Under the pieces are notes generated by a model that was not told where the DNA came from, did no database searches, and saw only the letters and a list, made by a program, of their open reading frames with translations. Shown here in pieces: positions 52,535 to 62,113 of a stretch of 64,000 nucleotides of DNA. Source of the stretch: Macrostomum lignano (lineage: Eukaryota); the NCBI GenBank assembly GCA_002269645.1, contig NIVC01000617.1:446274-510273 (forward strand), read 5' to 3'. The position numbers and the translations under genes were made by a program. Within the stretch, counting starts at the first letter, position 1, and each line of letters starts with the position of its first letter.

Positions 52535-52849
52535 ATGAACCGAGTTTACACCTTTTCTGTTAGTGATACTTTTGAGACTGTTGCTAAAAATGCAGAGATA
52601 ATAAAACAACATATTTTGAATGGAATAATTGATGAAGTTTATTTAAAATATGACGACAAGCACGACCTAAAACTTTATCCATTAGAGCTAGATGAGATGT
52701 ATGATTTAGAACAAGAGGGTGAGTTAATATTTCAACTTGGAGATTATTTAAATTCGGATGATTGGGAGGTTAGATCAACAGATTCCGAATCAACAAATAG
52801 TTCATATGAAACCAGTGATTCAGAGAATGAAAGTGAAATTTTTATGTAA
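52535..52849 (+). CDS. Polinton small acidic protein, unknown function
   Basis: 104-aa ORF with AAAAAATG start; similar to the next ORF. Confidence 0.65.
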   Translation: MNRVYTFSVSDTFETVAKNAEIIKQHILNGIIDEVYLKYDDKHDLKLYPLELDEMYDLEQEGELIFQLGDYLNSDDWEVRSTDSESTNSSYETSDSENESEIFM

Positions 52850-52852
52850 AAA

Positions 52853-53083
52853 ATGGAATTATTTAACAGACCCCACTTTTCAATAGTTGAATCAACTCAA
52901 ACAATATTTAATGCACTTGATTCAATAAAAAAATTAATAAAGGATGAAATACTAGACGAAGTATATATATTTCCATACATAAAGATATATCCGCTTGAAA
53001 TTGGAGAATTAGAGTATATTTGGGATAAGGGGGAGCAAAGTCTTCTTTTAGCACAATGTTTAAATTGTGAAAAAAATATTTAA
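52853..53083 (+). CDS. Polinton small protein, paralogue of the preceding ORF
   Basis: Shares IK..I...I.DEVY...K.YPLE..E with 52535-52849. Confidence 0.6.
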   Translation: MELFNRPHFSIVESTQTIFNALDSIKKLIKDEILDEVYIFPYIKIYPLEIGELEYIWDKGEQSLLLAQCLNCEKNI

Positions 53084-53086
53084 AAA

Positions 53087-53311
53087 ATGAACTATTATTC
53101 TATAACAGAAACGACATTTATTGTGAAAAATATATATAAAAAAATGAAGGTAAACTATTCCTACATCGGAAATGTGCCGGTTAATGAACTTAATCAAAAT
53201 TTAAGTCTAATCACTGTTGAACAAATGTCAATAATAATATTAGTAACAATAATAGTAATAATATTGTTTTTGTTTGTTATAAAAAATTTACTACCCTGTT
53301 GCCTTAAGTAA
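53087..53311 (+). CDS. Polinton small membrane protein
   Basis: C-terminal hydrophobic stretch IIILVTIIVIILFLFVI. Confidence 0.6.
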   Translation: MNYYSITETTFIVKNIYKKMKVNYSYIGNVPVNELNQNLSLITVEQMSIIILVTIIVIILFLFVIKNLLPCCLK

Positions 53312-53321
53312 TTGTTCAAAC

Positions 53322-54936
53322 TTAGTTTGCAGATAATATCTGATTCTCATAAAAAGAACCCAATATTTCTTCACCATCCTTATCAGCAATTATATAGGTT
53401 GTAGGATTTGTATTTAAAACTTTACTGATGGTAAATTTCTCACTTATTTTCCAATATCCTTTTCTTCCTTTTTCAAACTTATCTTTCCATTTATAGATAT
53501 AAACAGAATCACCAACCTTAAAAGATTTCTTTTTAGTTTTATTTTTTTCAAATTTTCCAAAAGTAACTTTAACGTTATCAGGATTGTTATAAGCTTGTTG
53601 AGGAGCCATCTTTATGGTCGAATGATATGAATTGTTATAATCTTTTACAACGTCTGGTAATATTTTTACCCACTTTTGGTTACCATTAAGACTAAACTGA
53701 AACCACAATTTCTTACCTAAAGTTCGATTAAATCTTTCTATTAATGCGTTTTTACTTTCTCCATAAATAGAATAAATTTTATTAATATACTCCCCATTCG
53801 CGTCTTTTTTCCTTTCTTGTCCTTTTTCAAAATTATATAATTTATACATATGAGGATTGTAAAATTCTTTTCCCTCATCAACACACAACCGTTCACTTTT
53901 TTCTCCAAGACTTCTAAAAGCAGCAGCAACCTCCTCTCCCTTTTTGGATTTTAAAGGAACAGCCCACGCGTATCGAGTAAAACCATCTAATATGGTTAAG
54001 ATATATTTATATCCTCTTTCGTTCGGCATCGACATTAAATCAGCATACCAAATTTCATTCTTTTTGAAGTTCATGATTTTTCTATAAAATTTCGGTTTTC
54101 GATATTCTTTATGAAGAATCTTTGCCTCATCAGAACTTAACCCACCACCACTTAATAATAAACACTCGACACAATTATTTCCATGTTGGTTGTAATTAAT
54201 TCCCAAACCAAATTTAACTTTAGACTGCAAGATCTTTTTAACCATCCACCTAGTTAATCTTTGCCCTACCGATAATCCCTGCAAGTTATCTAATCCTTGA
54301 ATCATTTTTTGATCGGCTTCATGTTTTAATCTTAATGCTTCCTCGGGCGGGTTCTTGTCAGCATCTCTATATGCTAAGTCGTGATAGTATGCTAACCAAT
54401 CAATCCCATTTATTGGAATTGAATCAGCTTTTGGAGTATTGTCAGGATTTAATCTTAAATCCAAACGAGTGCCGGGTAGTTTACCCCCAATCTTTCGAAT
54501 GAGGCTGGAGCACACCTTAAGCGGATAAATTACCGCCCATCTCCGTCTGCTCTCTGAACCTTCTCCTTATATTTAAATACTTAGGAGCTTGGCTGCGCAT
54601 TGCCACCATGTCTTCAAGCTTTTTACCATTGGGAAGAGGAGTTACCTCTGTTCCTTCAAAAGATTTCTCAATTGAAGTGGTACTTGAAGCTGTATGACGG
54701 GTTTCACGCAATTTGGAGACATCGCCACTAATAGTGACTAGCAGTAGCTTTGCTTCTACCACTCAGGCCACGGGATAACCTGTGAAGTTCATTGATGGCA
54801 GGTGTAGCTCACCCGTATACCTCCCAGTAGTAAATATTGGTGGTAAGCTTGTTAATCCTTTTTGAACATCTAACAATCCTCCTTCAAATACTAATTGGTC
54901 GAACCTTCGGTTCGCATGCGTCGCATGATTGCTCAT
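53322..54936 (-). CDS. PLA2-integrase fusion in two exons (54936-54778, 54476-53322), 437 aa after splicing
   Basis: Joined reading GELHLPSMNFTG|PGTRLDLRL...DWLAYYHDLAY...ADQKM (parvovirus-type PLA2), then an rve DDE core (WYADL, CVDEGKEF, IERFNRT) and an SH3-like tail. Confidence 0.88.
54477..54777 (-). ncRNA. Group I intron ribozyme, IC1-like, 301 nt, no internal ORF
   Basis: Hand-folded P1 with U.G at the splice site, P2, P2.1, P3 GUCUCC/GGAGAU, P4 UGCGUG/UGCGCA, P5abc with A-rich bulge and GAAA loop, P6/P6a with CCUAAG/UAAGG receptor, P7 G-A-GAGCA/UGCUCC, P8 GGGCGG/CCGCUU, P9.0 and P9 with GAAA loop. Confidence 0.9.
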
Positions 54937-55483
54937 TTTTTATAGCCTTAAAAATACATGATAGCACCAATTGTTTTGCAAATTCTTCAATTGTTGGTTG
55001 TTTAACAAATTTAGTTTTATTATCAATAGCAGCTAAGTATCTTTTATTTGTCCAATGTTCAGACTTTTTCATATGATCTTCGTCTTTGTAATTAAATGAA
55101 GAAGCAGGAATAAAATGATCAATATGTAAAGCACCACCATAGTCTTTTGGAACATAATAATGTTTTGTGAAATTTAACCAATCAATAAAGAATTCAATTG
55201 AGCAACCAAGGTAATCAATAGTATGATTATTTTTTTGAGCATTATTTGATTTTAATAGTTGATTTATTCTATTTCGTGAGGTGATAATAAGTTTGTAATT
55301 TTCATCAGTGTGATATTTATTTTTTATATATTCTTTATTGTTTTTATTCCAAAGTTTTGATATAACTTTCTCACAAGATCGACAATCATTTCTAAATTTT
55401 TTTGAATCATTTCTCCATCTAAAAAAATCTTTAGTCATTGGTTTCTCTTCTTTACATCGACTACAAATCTTTTTAGTTTCCAT
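54884..55483 (-). CDS. Free-standing HNH (beta-beta-alpha-metal) endonuclease with N-terminal zinc finger
   Basis: CSRC...CRSC N-terminus; LHIDHFIP...HWTN...L...DNKTK resembles HNH proteins of large DNA viruses and phages. Confidence 0.78.
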   Translation of the reverse strand: METKKICSRCKEEKPMTKDFFRWRNDSKKFRNDCRSCEKVISKLWNKNNKEYIKNKYHTDENYKLIITSRNRINQLLKSNNAQKNNHTIDYLGCSIEFFIDWLNFTKHYYVPKDYGGALHIDHFIPASSFNYKDEDHMKKSEHWTNKRYLAAIDNKTKFVKQPTIEEFAKQLVLSCIFKAIKNEQSCDACEPKVRPISI

Positions 55484-55510
55484 TTTATAAAAAATAAATT
55501 TAACAATTAA

Positions 55511-56188
55511 TTAAACACCAGTATGTCCAGCAGCTTTCGCAGCAGCTAATACAAGTTTTCTAGGAGTTTTAAATCCTTCACCAACAGCTGGTTTGTTATT
55601 TATAGAAATAATAATTCTTTTATACAAACTTGTATTTTTAACAGCTCCTCCTAACTCATCATAAAAAATTTTTGCACTTACTAATTCATCCCTAGTATAT
55701 AAATCCGGGTTAAATTTTACCCTAGGGTTCATAATAATATTATATGCTCCACCCAATTCTGTATATAGTTCATTTCGATCTTTATCAACGTTACCAATTC
55801 GATAATTATTATTACCTAAATCTGTAACAGCAATACTAGGTGGTACTCTTGGAAATTGTTGCCGATCAACTCCATCCCTAATCTCTTCAGCCCTAATCTC
55901 TATAACTCTCAATTGTGCTTGAGCAACACCATAAGCAGGCGGCTCATCATCCAAAATTTCATCCTCTTTTGGCTCAGTATTTTTAGCAATTTTTTCCAGA
56001 AGGTCTTTATCTGTTTTTTCTAGTTCACTAATTTTCCCCGTAATAGGATTAACAAAAGGAGCAGCAAATTTTTCACCAGCTAATTGTATTCCTAACTTTC
56101 TTTTTTGTAAATTTCTAACAAAATCAGAATATCTTTGCTTCTCTTTATAAATCGCTAACTCTCCATCAACGTCCATAAATTGACTCAT
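55511..56188 (-). CDS. Polinton protein, unknown function
   Basis: 225-aa ORF with AAAAAATG start, divergent from the major capsid gene. Confidence 0.7.
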   Translation of the reverse strand: MSQFMDVDGELAIYKEKQRYSDFVRNLQKRKLGIQLAGEKFAAPFVNPITGKISELEKTDKDLLEKIAKNTEPKEDEILDDEPPAYGVAQAQLRVIEIRAEEIRDGVDRQQFPRVPPSIAVTDLGNNNYRIGNVDKDRNELYTELGGAYNIIMNPRVKFNPDLYTRDELVSAKIFYDELGGAVKNTSLYKRIIISINNKPAVGEGFKTPRKLVLAAAKAAGHTGV

Positions 56189-56222
56189 TTTTTAACATAA
56201 AAAACTTTTTTAACTTAAAAAA

Positions 56223-57695
56223 ATGGCTGAAACAAAAACTATGTGGAGTGATAAATTTCATTTCAAAAAGCACCGACAGTATATTAATGAGGTCAGAGCA
56301 AGAGATTTAAATTATACCCTACCAACAAGTGATAATTCAAATAACTTTACTACTGGAACGGTAACTTTTGACATCGGCGCAACCAACACTATATTGGATA
56401 TGAAAAATGCATTTTTCCGTGTTAGATGGTTGTATACTAGAAATGATGGAACTGCTCTTGCAGCCGGAGATATCGCAGATCGATCCGGAATAATAATAGA
56501 AAATGATTGGTTTTATAAATGTTTTTCCCAAGCTCAACTAACTGTTAATGGTGCTGAGGTTGAGACATCATCAAACCCCGCAGAGATTAATGGAGTTTTG
56601 AAACATTTAAATTATACTTATTTATCAAAACAAGTTGGTGATAATGTTGGGTGGATGCCGGATAAAGGTAACGGTCAAGCAGTAGTTTTCCCTAATGTAC
56701 AAAACGCAGCTGGTGCAGATACTGCAGCTCTAATTGTTTACCTTAATACCAATATAGTTCCAGTTGTAACCCCTATGACTAATACAAAAGCTATTAACAC
56801 CGGTTTTATAGATCGTCAGAATAAATTCCCAGTCGCGGTTTTAACCACAGCAACAGCATATGAGCAGGACTTTTCAATCTTTCCACTATTTGGGTTTTTC
56901 TCACCAAATCGGGTATGGAAAGGATTAAAATTTGGGATACAGTTGCAAATATCTGGTGGATATCAGCCTAGGATACTTTATGGAACCTCAATTTCAACCG
57001 ATATAGCAGTTCGTATAGATTCAATTCAATTAGTCGTACCAACTATTGAGGTAACAGCCCCACTTTTAAAACACATCGATAATCAGTTAACGCATGATCA
57101 GGAAATATTTTATTTGAATCGTAGACACTTTATGCGAACCATTAATAACAATCAGGATTCATTCCAGTGGCAAATACTGACATCAAAACGTCGGGTGAGA
57201 TATATTTTTGTTTGGTTTAAGATAACAAATAGAAGGAGTAAAAGAGCAAATGGGGATTTATATTGGCTTCAATCCGGTGCCATAGCAGAACAAGCAGCCA
57301 CCGCAACAGACAATGCGGCTGCAGCTATTAACGAGTTTAATGTTCAGAATATCCGCCTGCAGGTTGATGATCAATATTATCCGGTTAAAGACCCCCTAAA
57401 TTTAAATATAGCAAATAATGATGTTAATGATTTTATAAAATATTATCAAGATTATGCCAAAAATGAAGCATATGCCGTCCCTCAGTACACACCCACAGAG
57501 TTTCTAAACATCCATCCAGTGGTTGTTTATGATCTAACGGCACAGAAAGAAAACATAGCCAATATTGGACTTAATTATATGTTAGAGATTAATAAAACCG
57601 GTAATCAGGCAATCGACGCCCACGTATTGTTTCTAGAGGAATATATGTCAATTGCTAAAGCTGATGGCACGGTTGTTCGGGACGCGCCACTTTAG
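56223..57695 (+). CDS. Major capsid protein (double jelly-roll, PY-like)
   Basis: 490 aa, beta-rich, FSQAQLTVNGAEVE motif, located next to the ATPase and penton genes. Confidence 0.8.
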   Translation: MAETKTMWSDKFHFKKHRQYINEVRARDLNYTLPTSDNSNNFTTGTVTFDIGATNTILDMKNAFFRVRWLYTRNDGTALAAGDIADRSGIIIENDWFYKCFSQAQLTVNGAEVETSSNPAEINGVLKHLNYTYLSKQVGDNVGWMPDKGNGQAVVFPNVQNAAGADTAALIVYLNTNIVPVVTPMTNTKAINTGFIDRQNKFPVAVLTTATAYEQDFSIFPLFGFFSPNRVWKGLKFGIQLQISGGYQPRILYGTSISTDIAVRIDSIQLVVPTIEVTAPLLKHIDNQLTHDQEIFYLNRRHFMRTINNNQDSFQWQILTSKRRVRYIFVWFKITNRRSKRANGDLYWLQSGAIAEQAATATDNAAAAINEFNVQNIRLQVDDQYYPVKDPLNLNIANNDVNDFIKYYQDYAKNEAYAVPQYTPTEFLNIHPVVVYDLTAQKENIANIGLNYMLEINKTGNQAIDAHVLFLEEYMSIAKADGTVVRDAPL

Positions 57696-57778
57696 TGTCG
57701 CAGTGCAAAGCACGTCGCCCCCGCTGTAAGCGGTGCAGGTCTCCGACCGTCGCGCCTATTTAAATTATTTCTTTAAAA

Positions 57779-58543
57779 ATGGTAAAGGCAAAACACGATA
57801 AGATATTTCCAAATGATCCTTTTCTTTGTTTAGTAATCGGTGGATCAGGTAAAGGAAAAACACACTTTGTTTACGATTTATTAACAACAGATGGAATGTT
57901 AGACTATAATAATTTAATAATTTATACTAACAAACCTAGAATAAAATATTATGAATTTCTTAAACATGGATTAAAAAACAAATTAAAAAAAGATGTCTTG
58001 TTTAGAATGTTAAGAGCATATGAGCAATATGAGGATGATGACGAACCGCGATTTACACTCGATGACATTGAGGATTTATGTAAAACAATGGCACAACAAC
58101 CAGAAAACATCACCGAACGAGCCCCAACTGTTAGAGTATCAACCCGATTAGCCTATGATCAAATTCCAAAACATGATAAAACACTAATTATTTTTGATGA
58201 TTGTATTAATGACGGTGATCAAGAATTGCAAAAGGAAATTTTTGTTAGTGGTAGAGGAGATGGAATTGGAGCTTTTTATCTAACACAGTCCTTTAGAGAA
58301 TTAGAATCGATTATAAAAAAGAATGCAAGTTGTTGTGTAATGTTTGATTTAGATAATTATGATTTACAAAATATACACGCTAGATTTAATCCTGGGTTGG
58401 ATGCAAAACCATTTAAAAGTATGTGTAAAAAAATTTGGGATGATAGCCAATACAAACATATTTATATCAATCCGAGGTTAGAAAGGAAAAATCGAATCTT
58501 AAAAGATCTTATAAAAGAAGACGATGAGGAAGAAGAAGAATAA
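57779..58543 (+). CDS. A32/FtsK-like packaging ATPase
   Basis: Walker A GGSGKGKT, Walker B LIIFDD, SGR, LTQS. Confidence 0.93.
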   Translation: MVKAKHDKIFPNDPFLCLVIGGSGKGKTHFVYDLLTTDGMLDYNNLIIYTNKPRIKYYEFLKHGLKNKLKKDVLFRMLRAYEQYEDDDEPRFTLDDIEDLCKTMAQQPENITERAPTVRVSTRLAYDQIPKHDKTLIIFDDCINDGDQELQKEIFVSGRGDGIGAFYLTQSFRELESIIKKNASCCVMFDLDNYDLQNIHARFNPGLDAKPFKSMCKKIWDDSQYKHIYINPRLERKNRILKDLIKEDDEEEEE

Positions 58544-58557
58544 TTCCCACTATAAAA

Positions 58558-59343
58558 ATGGCTACAAATTTAGATACTATAAAACAATTGGTAGATCGAA
58601 CTAATTCAAAATTTAGTACAACATTACAGTTTATAATGACAACCAGTGAACAACGTATTCAATTGCGCGATCCGTTACAACTCGATCAAAGCCTAAGTTA
58701 TCAAATAGGTTTAATACTATTTTCGGTTTTCAACATGCCTCAATTAATTAATGCAACAAATAATCAATTTAGATATTCTAAAGATTCCGGAGCCAATTGG
58801 ACAACATTTAGCGTTAACCCAGGAGCATATTCTTATACCGATTTGAATGCTTATATAGAAGGAGAATTAACATCTAACGGCGATTGGGTAGCAGGCGCAA
58901 TTGTTATAGGTGTTGATTTACCATCTGGCAGATTCACACTATCACTCGAATCCGGATATCAGGTTGATTTCACAATTGCAAATTCACTCAGAACCATACT
59001 TGGATTTAATTCCCGAATAGTTACCACATCAAGCACCGGTGATACAGTTGGAAATATAGAGGGCGGAGTAAATACAATTAATATAACAACCGACATTTCA
59101 AACGGTGGTTATATAACAGACGATAACGGAGTTTTGGTTCAACGTGGAATTATTTATTCAATCCCATTTCTTGCTGTTCCAATTGGAGAGAAAATGATTG
59201 TATCACCTCAAACCCCAATATATTACCCATTAAATCAATATAATGTTCAATCAATTTATATTAGGATTGTAGATGAAAGCGATAGATTAATAAGTTTTGG
59301 TGGGCAGTCAATAACAATAATTTTACGGATAAAACAGGTTTAA
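58558..59343 (+). CDS. Minor capsid protein (penton, PX-like)
   Basis: NNQFRY...PGAY...N, LRTILGF, IIYSIP...P.GEK...P...YYP, SIYIRIVD...I.F.G pattern. Confidence 0.85.
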   Translation: MATNLDTIKQLVDRTNSKFSTTLQFIMTTSEQRIQLRDPLQLDQSLSYQIGLILFSVFNMPQLINATNNQFRYSKDSGANWTTFSVNPGAYSYTDLNAYIEGELTSNGDWVAGAIVIGVDLPSGRFTLSLESGYQVDFTIANSLRTILGFNSRIVTTSSTGDTVGNIEGGVNTINITTDISNGGYITDDNGVLVQRGIIYSIPFLAVPIGEKMIVSPQTPIYYPLNQYNVQSIYIRIVDESDRLISFGGQSITIILRIKQV

Positions 59344-59387
59344 TCGTTCCGAAGGAACGCGGACTTTGTCCGTTTCCTATAGTAAAA

Positions 59388-59567
59388 ATGGGTAATAATA
59401 ATAATAATTTACTAAAAAAACAATCAGAAAAAGTTAAAAAAGCTGAAGATAATTACGAACTAGAACTAGCAAAATTAAGGCAGTTACAAGCTGATAAAAT
59501 AAGAAAGGAATTGTTAAAACCCACACCTACTAAACTAACTAAAACCAAGAGTTTTTCAGGAACATAA
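59388..59567 (+). CDS. Small basic 59-aa ORF absent from the ORF track
   Basis: Manual translation MGNNNNNLLKKQSEK...SFSGT-stop; AAAAATG start; fills the gap between the penton and protease genes. Confidence 0.55.
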   Translation: MGNNNNNLLKKQSEKVKKAEDNYELELAKLRQLQADKIRKELLKPTPTKLTKTKSFSGT

Positions 59568-59568
59568 A

Positions 59569-60066
59569 ATGACCATGACGTGGGATGATTTTAAACAACG
59601 ATATGGAACAGACACAACAAGCAATATCGAATTAACAAATTGGGCGCGGCAGTTAAAAATAAAACCATTTAGATGTGTTATGCGGGATGAGATAAAAGAC
59701 TTACCACAATATGGATCTTTCATTGTTAATATTGAAACAACAAAAGAAAATGGTGTTCATTGGTCAGCAGTTTATTCAAAACCAAAACTTGTTTATTTTT
59801 TTGATTCATACGCGCTTCCTCCGTTACAGGAAATAAAAGATAAATTTAATCATACTAAAAATCGTTTATGTGGAGATTATCACGAACAATTTCAAACATT
59901 TGATAAAAGTTATTGCGGGCAAGCGGCGTTGTATTTTTTATATAAAATTAATAACTCGAAGGAAACCCCCGAAGTATTTAAGATGATCATGCAAAGCATG
60001 CGTGCCGATGGCACGATCGGACGGAGTGCGCGAACCTTCGGTTCGATTTTAGACTCTATAAAATAG
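59569..60066 (+). CDS. Adenain-like cysteine protease
   Basis: GVHWSAV, YFFDSYA.PP, Q.....YCGQ catalytic pattern. Confidence 0.92.
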   Translation: MTMTWDDFKQRYGTDTTSNIELTNWARQLKIKPFRCVMRDEIKDLPQYGSFIVNIETTKENGVHWSAVYSKPKLVYFFDSYALPPLQEIKDKFNHTKNRLCGDYHEQFQTFDKSYCGQAALYFLYKINNSKETPEVFKMIMQSMRADGTIGRSARTFGSILDSIK

Positions 60067-60076
60067 ACAGTAAAAA

Positions 60077-62113
60077 ATGTTATTTTCTGGAACACCCTCA
60101 TGGAACGGAACATCAAGTACTGGTGGTGGTACTTCTGGTGGAATAAGTGTTACATTCGGAGATAACCGATATATTAATGAAGATGAAGGTTATAAAAAAA
60201 GTGAAGTTGATACTAAACTAAATTTAAAAAGAAATGTTGCAGATTCCTATACCAAAACTCAAATAGATAATTCCCTAAATTTAAAACGGAACGTAGCCGA
60301 TTCATATACAAAAACAGAGGTTGACAATGGGTTAAATTTAAAAAGAGATATAACTGATTCTTATTCTCGAACTCAAATAGATGATTCATTAAATTTAAAA
60401 CGCAATACGGCCGATTCTTATACCAAAACTGAAGTTGATAATTCCCTAAATTTAAAACGGAATGTTGCTGATTCCTATACCAAAACTGAAGTTGATAATT
60501 CCCTAAATTTAAAAAGAGATATAACTGATTCCTATACCAAAACCGAAGTTGATAATTCCCTAAATTTAAAAAGAGATATAACTGATTCTTATAGCAAAAC
60601 TGAAGTTGATAATTCCTTAAATTTAAAAAGAGATATAACTGATTCCTATACCAAAACGGAGGTTGATAATTTAGTTGGGGGTGGAGCCCCAAAACAAGAT
60701 CGATTCCAAACGGTTGAAACCGGACACGTACCAACTATGGCAGCTTGGAGTGGAAATGGTTTTGCAATATCCGCAAACACAGCATTTAATACAACTGATT
60801 TTGCAAGTTGGAAAGCGTTTGATGGAAATGATTCAACAGATTGGGCAACAAATAATACTCAAACCGATTATTGGATTCAAGTCCAATGCCCTTCCGCAAT
60901 AATGTGTTATAAAATTGATTTACGTGGTAGGCCATCACCTTCAACCGAGCACCCAGCATCATGGCGATTTGAGGGAAGTAATGACAATACAAGTTGGGAC
61001 GTATTAATACCTGCGGATAGTTCTGTAGCAATAAATAACTCAACTCAAACAATTAATGTCACACAAAATTTTGATAAAACATATTCATATTTCAGATTGT
61101 TCTGTCTTACATCAACTCGGGTTCAACCAACCCGGGTCTGTCAACCTTCCAGATTTATAGACAGACGTTTACAATTCTTGATTTAAATTTGGGAGTGGTT
61201 AATCAATCAATTGATATGGGAGGTAATACAATTACTAATATCTCTACTATAAACAATAACAGTTCTGTTGTTACTAAAGGTTATGTTGATACGCGAGTAA
61301 CACAAACGGCGGATGGCCGAATGTCTTTTAACGATAAAATAAAATTGGATGGAATACCTGCAATCGATGCCGCTTTGTACGAGCCTGTATTTGCAATTGG
61401 ACTGGATATCAAAACCCAACCACAGCCGGTGATATTTTTCCAACTGGAAGTTTTGTTGGTAGCGCTACTTATATTGATTATCAAAATGGAGCCAGAATTA
61501 CTGATGAAGCAAGTGGTCAGTCTGGAGCGTTGCAATTTAATTTCACCCATTTTCGTAATATCTCCGCCTCCTTCTATTTCCGAGTTGCTAATGCTACAGG
61601 AAGTGGTGCTGATGCGGTTTGGTTTTATGCATATTGTCACGAACGTCCAACAAGTGAATTTGGATCCGGGTTAACAACCCGCGCCGGCTTGATTGTGTTT
61701 GCGAGTGAATGGCATGATAGAGTTGGGGTTGTTTGGAGCAATATAAAATCAGACGGTGCAACAGCTCGTAATGATGTTCTTAATGACGCAGATCAAACTA
61801 TAACTATGCTAATATTGATAACGGCGATTGGCATCTTTTGAATTAATATTTTAAATCAAAGAGTTTGGTATCAAATAAGCACATACAATGTATCAGCTAA
61901 TACATATACGCTAATTGGGCAAAACTTTTTACATATGAAGTGGAACTTGGGGAGATTTAGATAAAACGGGAACCTTATGGTTTTGGTGCTCGAACTGGAG
62001 GAGCAGATGCCGCACATTTTATTCGTGGTGCAGCCGTTTGTGGTAGCACATCAGCAGGATATGATTTTGCTGCGACCGCATATTTGGAACGGCCACAAAC
62101 CGAAATCGCCTAA
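60077..62113 (+). CDS. Fibre/spike-like protein with several frameshifts: shaft repeats, discoidin-like and L-type lectin-like domains
   Basis: 19-aa SYTKTEVDNSLNLKR(D/N)xxD repeats; AWKAFDG...W..EGSND domain. Alternate frames continue SGSTNPGLSTFQIY, GSGADAVWFY, DNGDWH and GFGARTGG..AHFI to TAA at 62111-62113. Confidence 0.7.

Noticed and set aside
54515-54762. ORF 54517-54762 and the MCSSL start at 54515
   Set aside because: Both lie within the ribozyme sequence; the real start is ATG 54936 in exon 1.
54755-54772. GTGGCCTGAGTGGT (minus strand) as a tRNA or SINE A-box
   Set aside because: No B-box or cloverleaf follows; the sequence is explained as the intron P1 guide.
54477-54780. The PLA2 insertion as a spliceosomal intron using AG|GTTATC
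   Set aside because: No AG acceptor restores the frame at the conserved motif, and the group I fold explains the whole length.
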